Assembly (NCBI GenBank): GCA_044376115.1 | Contig: JBILLK010000042.1 | Location: forward strand, 1-58,619 | Origin: Polyangiaceae bacterium | GTDB lineage: Bacteria; Myxococcota_A; Polyangia; Polyangiales; Polyangiaceae | Direction of reading: 5' to 3' | Length of the DNA stretch: 58,619 bases | In this document: in pieces, positions 9,751 to 19,962 of the stretch | How the letters are laid out: each line of letters begins with the position of its first letter | Numbering within the stretch: position 1 is the first letter of the stretch | Program-made: the position numbers and the translations under genes | Notes under the pieces: model-generated | The model's input: only the letters and a program-made list of their open reading frames with translations | What the model was told of the DNA's origin: nothing | The model's database searches: none

Positions 9751-11169
9751 CTACGCCTTGAGCTCGTTGAGCGGGGTGTTCGAGTAGCCCTCTGCTGCGC
9801 CTACCTCGCTCGCTGCGGGATCGAACACTTGGAGCAAGCTCAGCAGCACGTCAGAGGTGCTCTTGGCGGCGTTGCGGTCGTTGGCGGAGCGGTAATGGAA
9901 GTCGCTCTTGAGCGCTCCTCCGCCGCGACCTGCAACCAGGACGGGCATGTCCCAGTTGGAGTGGGTGAGGCCCTGGGCGGCGTCACTGACGACCAACAAC
10001 GCGCTGTTTTGCAGCAGGTTCTGATCGCCATCGGGCGTGTCGCGCAGGCGCTCCAGGAGGTAGCCAAAGCAGCTCATGTTGAAGGTGACCGCCGCGTCGA
10101 TCAGCTCCTGACCGCCGGGTTCATGGCTAAGCCCGTGCTCCTCGGTGGTGGCGCCGGTCATCCAGTAGACGGTACCGCCGACGCTGCCACTCTGCTGCCA
10201 CGTTGCGACACGCGTGAGATCGCAACTCCAGGCGAAGGCGATCAGATCGGCCATCGTGTGCGCGACTTCCTCGAGTGGTTCGTTACCGCCCACGTCATCG
10301 TTGGTCTGCACGGGACCTTCTGGTTTTTGGCAGGCGGGGGGCAGCGCTGCGACCTGATCCCGAAGTTGGGCCAGGCTCTGCAGGTGCGCATCGAGGCGCA
10401 GTCGATCATTGGCTCCAACGCGGGTCTTGAGCCGTTTTGCGTCTTCGGCCACTGCGTCGAGCATCTTGAGGCGCAGCTTGCCCGACGGATCATCGGGCGG
10501 AACGAAGTTGCCGAACAGCTGGTTGTAGACGTCCTGTGGACTGCGCACGCTCTCGATCGGTTCATCGGGACCCTTGTGCGCGATGTTCTGCAAGGTTGGC
10601 CCTTCACCGGTGGTAACGCGCTTGGAGACGCCAACGTGCAACGACGGCAAGTACGTGTTGATGCCTTGGGCTTGCAGGCGGGAGACCACGACCTGATCGA
10701 TCGAAGGGCCGCCAAACTTGGAGGCGTAGTTGGCGTTGCCCGCATCGAGCGCGATGAACGGAATGCCCGAAAGGCAGCCGGCGACGCCATCGTGGTGACC
10801 GCGTCGATTCTGAGAGCCGGCTCGGTTGTAGAGACCGGACAGGCAGGAGACGTACTCTTTGACGCTCGCGAGCGGGCTGAGCTCGGGGCTGAGCGACCAG
10901 GCGCTGTTCTGGAACATGCCTGTCTCGAACAAAGGGTTGTCCGAGTCGGGGTTGGAGCCTGCGAGTTGCGTGGAAGGGACCCAGCGATCGAGCCGAACGC
11001 CGTTGCCGAAGAACCAGGTCATGAAGCGCACCGGCAACTTCGAACCGTCGGCGAGGGCGTCTCCGTGTGAGTTCCGCATCACGTCGAGTAGCGGCAAGCC
11101 CACAAAGCCCAAGCTGCTGCCAACGACCCCTCGCAAGACGGCGCGACGGCTGAGTTTGAACTTGCTCAT
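9751..11169 (-). CDS. DUF1552 domain protein (Tat-like N-terminus)
   Basis: LSRRAVLRG, FFGNG, GPSIDQ, AWSCDLTRV, EHGLSH, MPVLVAGRGGG. Confidence 0.9.
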   Translation of the reverse strand: MSKFKLSRRAVLRGVVGSSLGFVGLPLLDVMRNSHGDALADGSKLPVRFMTWFFGNGVRLDRWVPSTQLAGSNPDSDNPLFETGMFQNSAWSLSPELSPLASVKEYVSCLSGLYNRAGSQNRRGHHDGVAGCLSGIPFIALDAGNANYASKFGGPSIDQVVVSRLQAQGINTYLPSLHVGVSKRVTTGEGPTLQNIAHKGPDEPIESVRSPQDVYNQLFGNFVPPDDPSGKLRLKMLDAVAEDAKRLKTRVGANDRLRLDAHLQSLAQLRDQVAALPPACQKPEGPVQTNDDVGGNEPLEEVAHTMADLIAFAWSCDLTRVATWQQSGSVGGTVYWMTGATTEEHGLSHEPGGQELIDAAVTFNMSCFGYLLERLRDTPDGDQNLLQNSALLVVSDAAQGLTHSNWDMPVLVAGRGGGALKSDFHYRSANDRNAAKSTSDVLLSLLQVFDPAASEVGAAEGYSNTPLNELKA

Positions 11170-12797
11170 TGGATGGCTCCTACGAAGCGGAAGGCGTCGC
11201 TGCTGACGAGGTCGACGAAGAGGCCTTTGAGATGGCGACCGTTCTTGTCGAAGTTCGTGGTGAGCTCCTCGATCAGTGGGGCTTCTCCCTCGGTTTCGAG
11301 GTGGCCCATCGAGCTGCGGAACACATTGCGTACGGCGCAGCTCACGAAGCGTGGATGCGAGGCGATGAGCCCCGCGAGCTCACGAGCGCCGGCGAACTTA
11401 CCTTGCTCGTCGAGCTCACCCGAAGGGTCGATCGTCACGCCGTTCTCGGTGGTGCGAAACTGCCCGACCGTATCGAGGTTCTCGAAGGCCAGCCCGATCG
11501 GATCGGTCAGGCGGTGGCAGGCAGCGCATTGCGGTACAGTCTGGTGCACCTCGAGCCGCTCGCGCATCGTCAGCAGGCCTTGATCATCCGGGAACTCGGT
11601 CGATACGTCGTTGGGTGGCGGGTTGATCGACTCACAGAGCAGCCGCTCACGCACGAACTTGCCGCGCAGTGTCGGTGACGTCAGCTCGACGTGTGCTTGG
11701 CCTGCGAGGAAGGCGCCTTGTCCGAAGAAGCCCGTTCGCGGTTGCTCGGCCGGATAGTCGACGCGTTCCCAACCGTCGCCTTGCGGTGCAGGCAGCCCGT
11801 AGAACGCGGCGAGTTGGGCGTTCACGAAGGTGTGATCGGCGGTTAGCAGGTCATCGAGCGAGTAGCCGGGTTCGAACGTAACGGCCTCGATCAAGCGCGC
11901 CGTCTCTTCCTGCATCAACGCGACGATCTCGGGGGTGTAGTCAGGGTAGAGCGCCGGGCTCTTGGCCTCGTTTGCGAGCGCGCGCACGTCGAGCACCTCG
12001 CCAAAGAGGGCGCGAGCTGCGCCGCGAGCTCCCTGCGTTTCGACGATTTCCTCCGCCGCCGCGCGGAGGCCCTCGGGGCTGTCGAGCTCACCAGCTTCGG
12101 CTGCGTCCAAGAGCTCGCGTGACGGCGTCGTATCGAGCAGGAAGAAGGAGAGCCGAGTGGCCGTTTCAAGCGCTGTGAGCCGACGCAAATTAGGATCGCC
12201 GGAGGGTTCTCCCAGCTCGACCTGGTAGAGGAAGTGCGGGCTCTCGAGCATGGTCGCGGTCGCGTATTCGAGCGCCGCGTCGAAGCTACCGTATGCCTCT
12301 GCGGCGGCCACGCCGATGTCCACCAGCGCGCTCGTTTCATCGGCGGTTAGCGTGCGTCGATAGAGCAGCCGACCAAGCTCTTGAACGAACTCCTCGAGGC
12401 AGGCCGCGTCGGTTGCGGACGATGGGGCGCAGCTGAAATAGTTGGCGAGAGCGCCGGCCTCTACAGCTGCACCTGCGGCGGCGCGGCCCGACTTCTCGTA
12501 GTCGACCACAGCGGCGTCTCCGATGTTGAGCTGAGAAGCGGCAATCGAGTCGAAGCCGTTCAGCGCTTGGTCATCGGGCGCAATCGCTGCGGCTCGTGCC
12601 TCAGCGCCGAGTACGGCCTCGATCGAATTCAAGTATTGGCGTGCGAGCAGCCGGCGGATCACCGGGGCTGCGGGCTCGAAGCCCTCGATCACCGGAGTCG
12701 GCCCGGGCGGCCCGCTGGTTGAGTCCCCGTCACCAATCTGGCCCGTGCACGCTGCAGCGAGCAACCAAGCCGACCCAACCCAACTTCGTTTGAGCAC
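11166..12797 (-). CDS. DUF1592/DUF1588/DUF1595-type lipoprotein with a CxxCH motif
   Basis: IRRLLARQYLNSI, SPHFLY, RLSFFL, TSPTLRGKFVRERLLC, CAACH, DPIGLAFENLD; overlaps the DUF1552 start. Confidence 0.9.
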   Translation of the reverse strand: MLKRSWVGSAWLLAAACTGQIGDGDSTSGPPGPTPVIEGFEPAAPVIRRLLARQYLNSIEAVLGAEARAAAIAPDDQALNGFDSIAASQLNIGDAAVVDYEKSGRAAAGAAVEAGALANYFSCAPSSATDAACLEEFVQELGRLLYRRTLTADETSALVDIGVAAAEAYGSFDAALEYATATMLESPHFLYQVELGEPSGDPNLRRLTALETATRLSFFLLDTTPSRELLDAAEAGELDSPEGLRAAAEEIVETQGARGAARALFGEVLDVRALANEAKSPALYPDYTPEIVALMQEETARLIEAVTFEPGYSLDDLLTADHTFVNAQLAAFYGLPAPQGDGWERVDYPAEQPRTGFFGQGAFLAGQAHVELTSPTLRGKFVRERLLCESINPPPNDVSTEFPDDQGLLTMRERLEVHQTVPQCAACHRLTDPIGLAFENLDTVGQFRTTENGVTIDPSGELDEQGKFAGARELAGLIASHPRFVSCAVRNVFRSSMGHLETEGEAPLIEELTTNFDKNGRHLKGLFVDLVSSDAFRFVGAIQ

Positions 12798-12871
12798 GGC
12801 GCCAGCCTAGGGTGATTGCACAACCCCCACAATCAAAGGCTGCACGCCGCGCTTCGATCCTCGCTATTGAC

Positions 12872-14095
12872 TCAGGTCCAGATCGCGATGGTGCGAACGC
12901 CGACCAGGTTGCCTTCGGGTGAGCGGCCCACGATGAAGATCGAGACCGCTGTTCCGTCGACGTTGCCGGGCTCGCCGTTCGCGCCGAAGTAGAAGATTTG
13001 GATGTCGCTGAGGTTCGACTCGAGCACCGACTCGAAGTTGCGCATTTGTGCGCAGATCACCATCGACTCCGGGTCTTCCTTGTCTTGGCAGCTGTGCTCG
13101 GCGGCCTTCCACTCATCCCAGGTCTGCGACATCGAGACCAGGTCGGCGAGCGGCTTGTCGGCGCTTTCGTCGTTGTCGACGACGTCGGCGAAAGCCTCAC
13201 GAACTGCAGCCTCGTCGATCTCGCCAGCAAGCGGGGCCGAGACGAACATGAAGGGGAAGTCCGACTCGCTCATGTAGGTCAGCCCTTCGGCCGCCTTCTC
13301 GATTTGGCTCTGGACCTCGGTGTCGGTCGCGGTGCCTGCCTTGGTCAGCTCGCGCACGATGCGTTGCACCGTGGCTGCGCCGGTGAAGGCGCCAGACTTC
13401 GATGCGTACATCTCGCCGCGACCGATGATCGAGTTGTTGGAGGCCACGAGCCTGAAGGTGTGCTGCCCGTTGGCGCCTTCGATCACCTCGAACTGCGTTG
13501 CATCGACGGCGTTGGCTTTGACGGACTTGATGCCTGCTTCGGCCTTGCTCTTCGAGGAGTAGCCCTGCGACTGCAGCACGATCTGACCGTTGCCAGCGCG
13601 CAGTCGGAAGTAGGTCTTTCCGTCTTTGCCTTTGAAGGTCTCGAAGCGCGGGCCACTGGCTTCGGCTGCTGCGCTGGTCGGGTTCTGCAGCGCACCAACG
13701 ACTGAATCAACGGCGCTCTTGGCGGACGATTCGGTGGTGTAGAGCTCGCTCGTGCCGATGATCTGACCGTTGGTCGCGACAAGGTTGAAGTAGAACTCGC
13801 CGTTATCGGCGGGCAGCACTTTGAAGTTCGTTGCGACCTTGCCGTTCTTCTTGACCGAGGTGATGCCCTTCTTGGCGTTGGCCAAGGTGGTGTAGCCCTC
13901 CGAGCGGAGGATGCGCTCACCGTTCTTGGCGAGCAGTTGGAAGTAGGTCTGCCCGTCGGCGCCGGTGAAGGTTTCGAAGCTGCCACTGGCGGCGGTGATG
14001 TCCTGCTCGTCCCCTGTTTCGACCGTGTCATCACAGGCCGGGACGGTCACAGCGAGGAGGAGGCAAGCGGCGAAGGAGCGGAGCAGATTCTTCAT
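12872..14095 (-). CDS. Lipoprotein: tandem YegP/DUF1508 repeats fused to a nuclease-A-inhibitor (NuiA)-like domain
   Basis: Lipobox VPAC; four (Y/T)F.L.A.N...I..S(E/Q).Y-like repeats; C-terminal AAEGLTYMSESDFPF...IFIVGRSPEGNLVGVRT resembles NuiA. Confidence 0.8.
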   Translation of the reverse strand: MKNLLRSFAACLLLAVTVPACDDTVETGDEQDITAASGSFETFTGADGQTYFQLLAKNGERILRSEGYTTLANAKKGITSVKKNGKVATNFKVLPADNGEFYFNLVATNGQIIGTSELYTTESSAKSAVDSVVGALQNPTSAAAEASGPRFETFKGKDGKTYFRLRAGNGQIVLQSQGYSSKSKAEAGIKSVKANAVDATQFEVIEGANGQHTFRLVASNNSIIGRGEMYASKSGAFTGAATVQRIVRELTKAGTATDTEVQSQIEKAAEGLTYMSESDFPFMFVSAPLAGEIDEAAVREAFADVVDNDESADKPLADLVSMSQTWDEWKAAEHSCQDKEDPESMVICAQMRNFESVLESNLSDIQIFYFGANGEPGNVDGTAVSIFIVGRSPEGNLVGVRTIAIWT

Positions 14096-14107
14096 GGCCG
14101 GACCCTA

Positions 14108-14124
14108 AGCAACCGCTGGGCCAG
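14108..14124 (-). promoter_or_regulatory. Putative sigma54 (-24/-12) promoter of the YegP-NuiA gene
   Basis: Minus strand CTGGCCCAGCGGTTGCT matches TGGC-N7-TTGCW with exact spacing. Confidence 0.6.
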
Positions 14125-14256
14125 TCTCAAGCTCGCTTCGCTATCGCTAAAAAGTGCTTGGGACCAGGCGAAAGCGGTGCCTACGTGCGATGAAAGTTAC
14201 ATTGTCGCCATATGAAGGTGATCCAACTGGGGTGCAGCTGATCCAGTATGGATGAC

Positions 14257-15414
14257 TCAGGGCTTGGGCTTCTTGGCCTTCAACTCCTCGAGCGCCTGTT
14301 TGAGTTCCTCCTCAGTAAAGGGCAGTTTGCTCAGCGCCTCTTTCTCCATCGCTAGCGCGTTCGCCAGCTCCGTCTTGGCCTCTTTGGCTCGCGTCACCCA
14401 AAGCGAACTCTCGCCCGTCCGTTCGCCGAGGGCCACGGTGCCCTCCATCATCTTCAGACCCTTCTCGAGCAAGATGCGGTAGCGCAGGCGCATCGAGCCT
14501 TCCCACAACTGACGCGAACGCAGCGTGCTGGTTTTGGTCGGAGCGGGCACCTTCATCACGTCGCGATGCAGGTTCTGATAGAGCTGCCCGACGCGGTAGC
14601 CAGCCATGGCGGACCAATGCGCATCGAGGCTGCGCATCGCGTCGGTGAATGCGGCTTGTGCGTCGAGCAAGCCGGTGCAACGTTCCTCGAGCGCCGCGCC
14701 AAAGTCCGCCGGCATCGGCGCGAACAGGATCTTCTCGCTCTTGGCCTTGCGGATCTCCCCGAGCGCGAAGGCCACCTGCGCGAGCTCGAGCGGTGGCGTT
14801 CCGGCCTGGCCCAATTGGCGGTCCTCGATCTCGTTGCGGGCCAGAATGATCACGTTGTACGCGTCGTCTACGCGGCCACGCTCCACCAAGGAGAGCGCCT
14901 TGGCGCCCAACGCTTCGATGCGCTCGAGCACGCTCAGGTCTTTGCGGCGCAGGAGCTCCTCGGCGACGAGCTCGAGCTCATCCCATTGCTCGAGATAGGC
15001 GCTCATCCGCGACACACGCACCCAGGCGATCTTCGCCGTCGGCGCTTGTGGATCCGCCTGCGCACTCGCGCGAAAGCGCTGCGACGCCGTCTTCAGATCG
15101 CCTTTGCCGGCGTACGCCATGCCAGCGTTGTAAAGGCTCGGGCCCGCCGTTGCCGCTGCTGGGTCGATCTTCGCCAGCGCCTCGAACTCCTTGGCGGCGG
15201 CGTCGAACTCCTCGCGCAGGAGCAACACCGAGGCCTGCTGAAAACGATGCTCGAGCTCCTCGGGCCCGGTCTTGTTGATCACCGTCTCGGGCACCACGAT
15301 GGTGGGCTGTTGCTCCGCCGTTGGCGGCTGGGGCGTCTGCGCGGGAGCAGACGCGCTGCAGGCGGTCAGAAGCAGCGGGAGGACGAGGCTCAGTAGCTGG
15401 AGATGGGATCGCAT
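14257..15414 (-). CDS. TPR-repeat lipoprotein
   Basis: Lipobox LTAC after ATG 15414; TPR-like helices (SLYNAGMAYAGKGD, AFALGEI, AGYRVGQLY). Confidence 0.78.
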   Translation of the reverse strand: MRSHLQLLSLVLPLLLTACSASAPAQTPQPPTAEQQPTIVVPETVINKTGPEELEHRFQQASVLLLREEFDAAAKEFEALAKIDPAAATAGPSLYNAGMAYAGKGDLKTASQRFRASAQADPQAPTAKIAWVRVSRMSAYLEQWDELELVAEELLRRKDLSVLERIEALGAKALSLVERGRVDDAYNVIILARNEIEDRQLGQAGTPPLELAQVAFALGEIRKAKSEKILFAPMPADFGAALEERCTGLLDAQAAFTDAMRSLDAHWSAMAGYRVGQLYQNLHRDVMKVPAPTKTSTLRSRQLWEGSMRLRYRILLEKGLKMMEGTVALGERTGESSLWVTRAKEAKTELANALAMEKEALSKLPFTEEELKQALEELKAKKPKP

Positions 15415-15473
15415 GGCTGGACGTTGGATCAAGGTAGCTGACGCTGGCGGCGGCGCATGCCTCTCGTGGCGAA

Positions 15474-15908
15474 CTAGCGGGCGGTGCAACGGCCGGGTTC
15501 GAGTTCAACGTCGGCGAGCGTACTCAGCGCGGCTCGAGCTCGCGCCGCCTGCTCGTCGGAGAGCGACCGACTGGCGGGCTCTAGTTCGTCGCCTTTGGGC
15601 GAAAGCGCGCGCATCAGCCAGTCGCGTCCGCAGGCTCGATACAGCCGACGGTCGGGGTTGTCGAGCGGGAGCGATTCGCTCACGCGCAGATCGGTCATGC
15701 CCCGAAGAAAGGCGTACTGAACCCGCTCGGCGGGGGACAGGCTGAGTTCGTCGTCTCCAAGCAAACGCAGTAGCGCCATCGCCCGCGGGAACTCCAGGTT
15801 GTGGTAGTGCTGGCGGGCCCGCTCGAGGTCCTGCGACTGGGTGGCGCACGCCGCGACGGGGGCGAACACCGCGAGCACAGTTAGCAGGAAGCGTCGAGCC
15901 TGAATCAA
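15474..15908 (-). CDS. Hypothetical lipoprotein
   Basis: Signal peptide ending VAAC; co-oriented with the TPR gene. Confidence 0.65.
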   Translation of the reverse strand: MIQARRFLLTVLAVFAPVAACATQSQDLERARQHYHNLEFPRAMALLRLLGDDELSLSPAERVQYAFLRGMTDLRVSESLPLDNPDRRLYRACGRDWLMRALSPKGDELEPASRSLSDEQAARARAALSTLADVELEPGRCTAR

Positions 15909-16018
15909 CTCGAGCAGGGTAGATCACTCCGACGCCGAAACGTTTCGTGAGTGTTCCCCTAACGGAAATAATGCGGGCTCTTGCTGCCGGCGCTAAGATC
16001 GTACACGGACTCCCAAGC

Positions 16019-18058
16019 ATGACTGCAGAACGTCAACCAGCCGCAGGGGAAAAAGCCTCTCCCTCGGGCGCACCCCCGGCGGAGCAGCTCCCGCGCCCCT
16101 TTGGCAAGTACATGCTGATGCGCAAGCTCGCTGCCGGTGGCATGGCGGAGCTTTTCCTCGCACTGCATCGGAGCGTGGCTGGGTTCGAGAAGCTTGTCGT
16201 GATCAAGCGGATCCTTCCGCAGATGAATCAAGACAAGCAGTTCATCGACATGCTGCTGCACGAGGCGCGCGTCGCCGCCACGCTGTCGCACCCGAACATC
16301 GTGCAGACGTTCGATGTCGGGCAAGTGGATGGCACCTACTTCATCGCGATGGAGCACATCCACGGTGAAGACATTCGAACCATCGTTCGGCAGATGAAGG
16401 CCAAGGGCGTCAGCGAGTTTCCGCTCGAGCACGCCCTCGGCATCGTGGTCGGGTTGGCCTCCGGACTGGCGTACGCCCATGAGAAGCGGGACCTCGATGG
16501 TCAGCTGCTCGGGATCGTCCATCGCGACATCTCGCCGCAGAACATCGTGCTCACCTTCTCGGGCGACGTGAAGGTCGTGGACTTTGGGGTGGCCAAGAGC
16601 CTGCACGCTGGAGAGGAGTCCAAAGGCGGGCATCTCAAAGGCAAGGTCCCGTACATGTCACCGGAGCAAGCCACCGGTGAAGACGTCGACTCGCGCACAG
16701 ACATCTTCGCCGCTGGCGTGATCTTGTTCGAGCTGACGACGGGCAAGCGCTTGTTCAAAGGCGCCAACGAGTACGAGACACTGAAGCTCATCTGCGAGAC
16801 CGAGTACCCGATGCCCAGCGACGTCGCTCCGGGCTACCCGGCCGAGCTCGAGCGCATCGTGATGAAGGCTTTGGCGAAGTCGCGCGAGGCTCGTTACCAG
16901 TCTTCGCGTGAGCTGCAGTCGGACCTCGAGGCCTTCATTCGGCATGAGCGCATCCCGGTATCGGCAGTGAATCAGTCGGCTTGGATGGCGATGCTATTCG
17001 CTGAGAAGCTGGACGAGCAGAAGGCCGACTTGATGGACATCAAGCATCTGGCCGACCAGATGGCCGCGTCGATGCCCGCGCCGGACTTCTCGCCGACGTC
17101 GACAGGATCGCATCCGGGCTCGCACTTCGACCAATCCAGCACCGGGGTTGGTGCACCCCCGGCCGCTGCATCCATCGCTCCTCCCGCCAAACGGTCGAGC
17201 GGGCTTTTGATCGCCGGCGGGTTGGCTGCTGCGGTCGCTGTGGCGGCCGCAGTGATCGCGTCGCGGCCGACTACGCCTGCGCCAGCCGCGACTACGGAGG
17301 CCGTGGTGACCAGCGCGGCGCCGACCGCGAGTGCGGTGGTGGAAGAGAAGGCCTCCATCGTGTTCGAGAGCGATCCGCCGGGTGCGGCGATTTGGATCAA
17401 CGGGGATCTGCGCACGGAGGTGACGCCGGCCACGATCGCTAACTTGCCCATAGGCAAAGACATCCAAGTGAAGCTTTCGATGGAGGGCTTCGAGTCGCAC
17501 AAGGAGACTGTGCGTTTGGCCAAGGCTGGTGACTCGCACAAGATCACCAGCAAGCTGCTGACCGGCAGCGTGACGCTCGAACTCGACGTGGTGCCCGAGC
17601 CCGTGGTTTGGGTGGATGGCAAACCGTGGAAGGGTGATTGGCGCAAGATCACCGTTTCAGCGGATGAGGAGCACAAGCTGGCGATCAGCGCGACGGGCTA
17701 CGCTCCCAAGACGATCACGGTCACAGGCAAGAAGGGCGAGACCAAGAAGCTGCAGCACGCCTTGGTCAAGCTGACTCCGGAGCAGCTCGCCGACCAAAAG
17801 AAGGAGCCCGACAACAAGAAGCCCGACGCGAAGCCCGAGCCCAAAGCCGGTGCGATGGGCACCATTCGGGTCAACGTCAAAGGTGGCGGCTTCTGCAACG
17901 TGAGCATCAACGGCGCTGCCTACGGGCCGACCCCCGTTTCGGCGCAGGTGCCGGCCGGCAACGTGCGCGTCTCGTGCAAGTTCGAGGGCGGTCCCACGCA
18001 GGCCCAGGTCGTGACCGTGGCCGAGGGTGGAACCGGGCGAGCGTCATTCCAGCAGTGA
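16019..18058 (+). CDS. Membrane Ser/Thr protein kinase with extracellular PEGA-like domains
   Basis: LAAGGMAE, VVIK, HRDISPQN, DFG, YMSPE; TM segment; ESDPPGAAIWING (PEGA). Start chosen at ATG 16019. Confidence 0.93.
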   Translation: MTAERQPAAGEKASPSGAPPAEQLPRPFGKYMLMRKLAAGGMAELFLALHRSVAGFEKLVVIKRILPQMNQDKQFIDMLLHEARVAATLSHPNIVQTFDVGQVDGTYFIAMEHIHGEDIRTIVRQMKAKGVSEFPLEHALGIVVGLASGLAYAHEKRDLDGQLLGIVHRDISPQNIVLTFSGDVKVVDFGVAKSLHAGEESKGGHLKGKVPYMSPEQATGEDVDSRTDIFAAGVILFELTTGKRLFKGANEYETLKLICETEYPMPSDVAPGYPAELERIVMKALAKSREARYQSSRELQSDLEAFIRHERIPVSAVNQSAWMAMLFAEKLDEQKADLMDIKHLADQMAASMPAPDFSPTSTGSHPGSHFDQSSTGVGAPPAAASIAPPAKRSSGLLIAGGLAAAVAVAAAVIASRPTTPAPAATTEAVVTSAAPTASAVVEEKASIVFESDPPGAAIWINGDLRTEVTPATIANLPIGKDIQVKLSMEGFESHKETVRLAKAGDSHKITSKLLTGSVTLELDVVPEPVVWVDGKPWKGDWRKITVSADEEHKLAISATGYAPKTITVTGKKGETKKLQHALVKLTPEQLADQKKEPDNKKPDAKPEPKAGAMGTIRVNVKGGGFCNVSINGAAYGPTPVSAQVPAGNVRVSCKFEGGPTQAQVVTVAEGGTGRASFQQ

Positions 18059-18094
18059 CCGTTCCGCGCGACGTCCTTCGCTGACCGCGGCAGT

Positions 18095-18934
18095 TCAGCC
18101 GAGAGCACTCCCAGCCGCGACAACGCGCGCATGAAGCGAGCGGTGGCAGGCGATCAACCCCGAATCGATGGCGAGCTCCCCTCGGTAGTCGATCGCCGCT
18201 CCGTGGAGGTCTGTGAGCACGCCGCCCGCGCCTTGCAAAAGCGCATCCGGAGCACAGGCGTCCCATAGCTTGCAACCGCTCGAGGGGTGGACGTAGAGCT
18301 CGGCCTGGCCCTCGAGAATGCGCGTCGCTTTGACTCCCACCGAGCCGCAGCGAAGCCGCTCCTGGATGCCGAGGGCGTCGAGCAAGCGCGCCGTTCGCTG
18401 AGAGGTGTGCGAGCGTGAGACCAGCGCTCGCAGCTCACCGCTCGCAGCCGCTAGCGATAGCCGCACCGAAGGGCCTTCACCCGAGAGCGGTTCTACGAAG
18501 GTGCCTCCTTGAACCGAGCCGTAGAAGAGCTGGTTGGTCACCGGAACGGCGATCACCCCTGCGCTGGCTGCGCCTCCCTCCGCGAGGCCGATCATCACGC
18601 AGAACTCACCATTGCGGTCGACGAATTCTCGCGTTCCATCGATCGGATCGATGCAGAAGATTCGCTCGTGCCCTTGCGCGTGCGCGAGCGCTGCGACGGT
18701 GGCGGGCGCGCTCTCCTCGGCCAAGATGCCGTAGCTCGGGAACTGCTGGCTCAGCGCCGTGACGATCAGCTCGTTGGCCTCACGATCGGCGCGCGTTACC
18801 GGATCGTTCTTGCCCTTCCACTCGACCGTGAAGTCCGCCGCGTAAATGCCCATGATCAGCGTGGCCGCTTCACGAGCAGCGCGCTTCATCGCGCTGAGTT
18901 CTTGTTCGAGGGCATGCGGAGCGGTGGCGGTCAT
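18095..18934 (-). CDS. cysQ: 3'(2'),5'-bisphosphate nucleotidase CysQ / inositol monophosphatase family
   Basis: DPVTRAD, ILAEES, IDPIDGTREF, SRSH, WDACAP motifs. Confidence 0.88.
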   Translation of the reverse strand: MTATAPHALEQELSAMKRAAREAATLIMGIYAADFTVEWKGKNDPVTRADREANELIVTALSQQFPSYGILAEESAPATVAALAHAQGHERIFCIDPIDGTREFVDRNGEFCVMIGLAEGGAASAGVIAVPVTNQLFYGSVQGGTFVEPLSGEGPSVRLSLAAASGELRALVSRSHTSQRTARLLDALGIQERLRCGSVGVKATRILEGQAELYVHPSSGCKLWDACAPDALLQGAGGVLTDLHGAAIDYRGELAIDSGLIACHRSLHARVVAAGSALG

Positions 18935-18941
18935 TGCGAAC

Positions 18942-19883
18942 TCAAAGTCCAGTTACGCCATAGGCTTTGAGCGCTCGCTCGAGATCGCCCAACGTTTCAT
19001 GTGACATGTACGGCGGCGCTCGGCCGGCGTCGCGGATCAGCTGGTCGAGCTGCTGTTGGTTGCGAGGCCCGAGCACCGCCGAGGTCACGCGGTCATTCGA
19101 CAAGGCGAAGCGCAGGGCGACCGAGCGCATGGTTGGTAGCGGCCCGCCCATCACGGCGCGCAGAGCACCGAGCTGCGCGATCCGCTCTTTGAGGTCCTCT
19201 GGGTTCCAGCGTTCTGCGCGGTGATCCGGCGGGTAGAACTCACGCGAGTCGGTGAAGGAGCCCGCGAGTAGCCCGTAGGCGAGGACGCTGTGCGCCAAGA
19301 GCCCGATGCCCTTCTCGCGCAGCGTGGTCCCGAGGCTGCGCACGTCCTCGAACAAGAAGCAGTTGTACGGCATCTCGAGCACTTCGGCGCCGCGCTCGAT
19401 GGCGCGCTCTGCGATCGCCTTGCTGCCGGTGGAGACGCCCCAGGTCTTGATTTGCACCGAGGATCGAAGCTCGGCCAGGTAGGCGAAGGTCTCGTCTTCG
19501 TCGAAGCTCGCGAGCGAAGGGTTGTGCAAGAGCAGAATGTCCGCGGTGCTGCGCTTCATCCGTTCGAGCGAGGTTTCGAGCGCCATGCGCAAGTAGGTTT
19601 TGTCGAACTGCTTGAGCGGATAGCCGTCAATGTTGGTGCCGAGCTTGAGCGCTACGTGGGTGGTCTTCTCGGCTAGGCGCCGGCCCAGCACGCGCAACAT
19701 TTGGCCGCTGCCGTACACGTCGGCGACGTCGAAAAGCGTGACGCCGAGCGCCGCGGCGCGATCCACCACACGGTCCACTTCGATCTCTGGCACGGGGCCG
19801 TAGGCGTCCCCGGAGAGGCCCCAGGTGCCCAGGGCGAGCTCCGAAACGAGTAAACCTGATTTACCGAGTTGTCGCTTTCTCAA
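18942..19883 (-). CDS. Aldo/keto reductase
   Basis: RQLGKSGLLVSELALGTW, FDVADVYG, LLLHNP. Confidence 0.92.
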   Translation of the reverse strand: MRKRQLGKSGLLVSELALGTWGLSGDAYGPVPEIEVDRVVDRAAALGVTLFDVADVYGSGQMLRVLGRRLAEKTTHVALKLGTNIDGYPLKQFDKTYLRMALETSLERMKRSTADILLLHNPSLASFDEDETFAYLAELRSSVQIKTWGVSTGSKAIAERAIERGAEVLEMPYNCFLFEDVRSLGTTLREKGIGLLAHSVLAYGLLAGSFTDSREFYPPDHRAERWNPEDLKERIAQLGALRAVMGGPLPTMRSVALRFALSNDRVTSAVLGPRNQQQLDQLIRDAGRAPPYMSHETLGDLERALKAYGVTGL

Positions 19884-19962
19884 GGCTTTGCGCCTTCATA
19901 CCACCGTTCAACCAGCGTGAGAGCGTTTGCGTCCTCCGTCGGGCTCGATCTACGCTGGCGCG

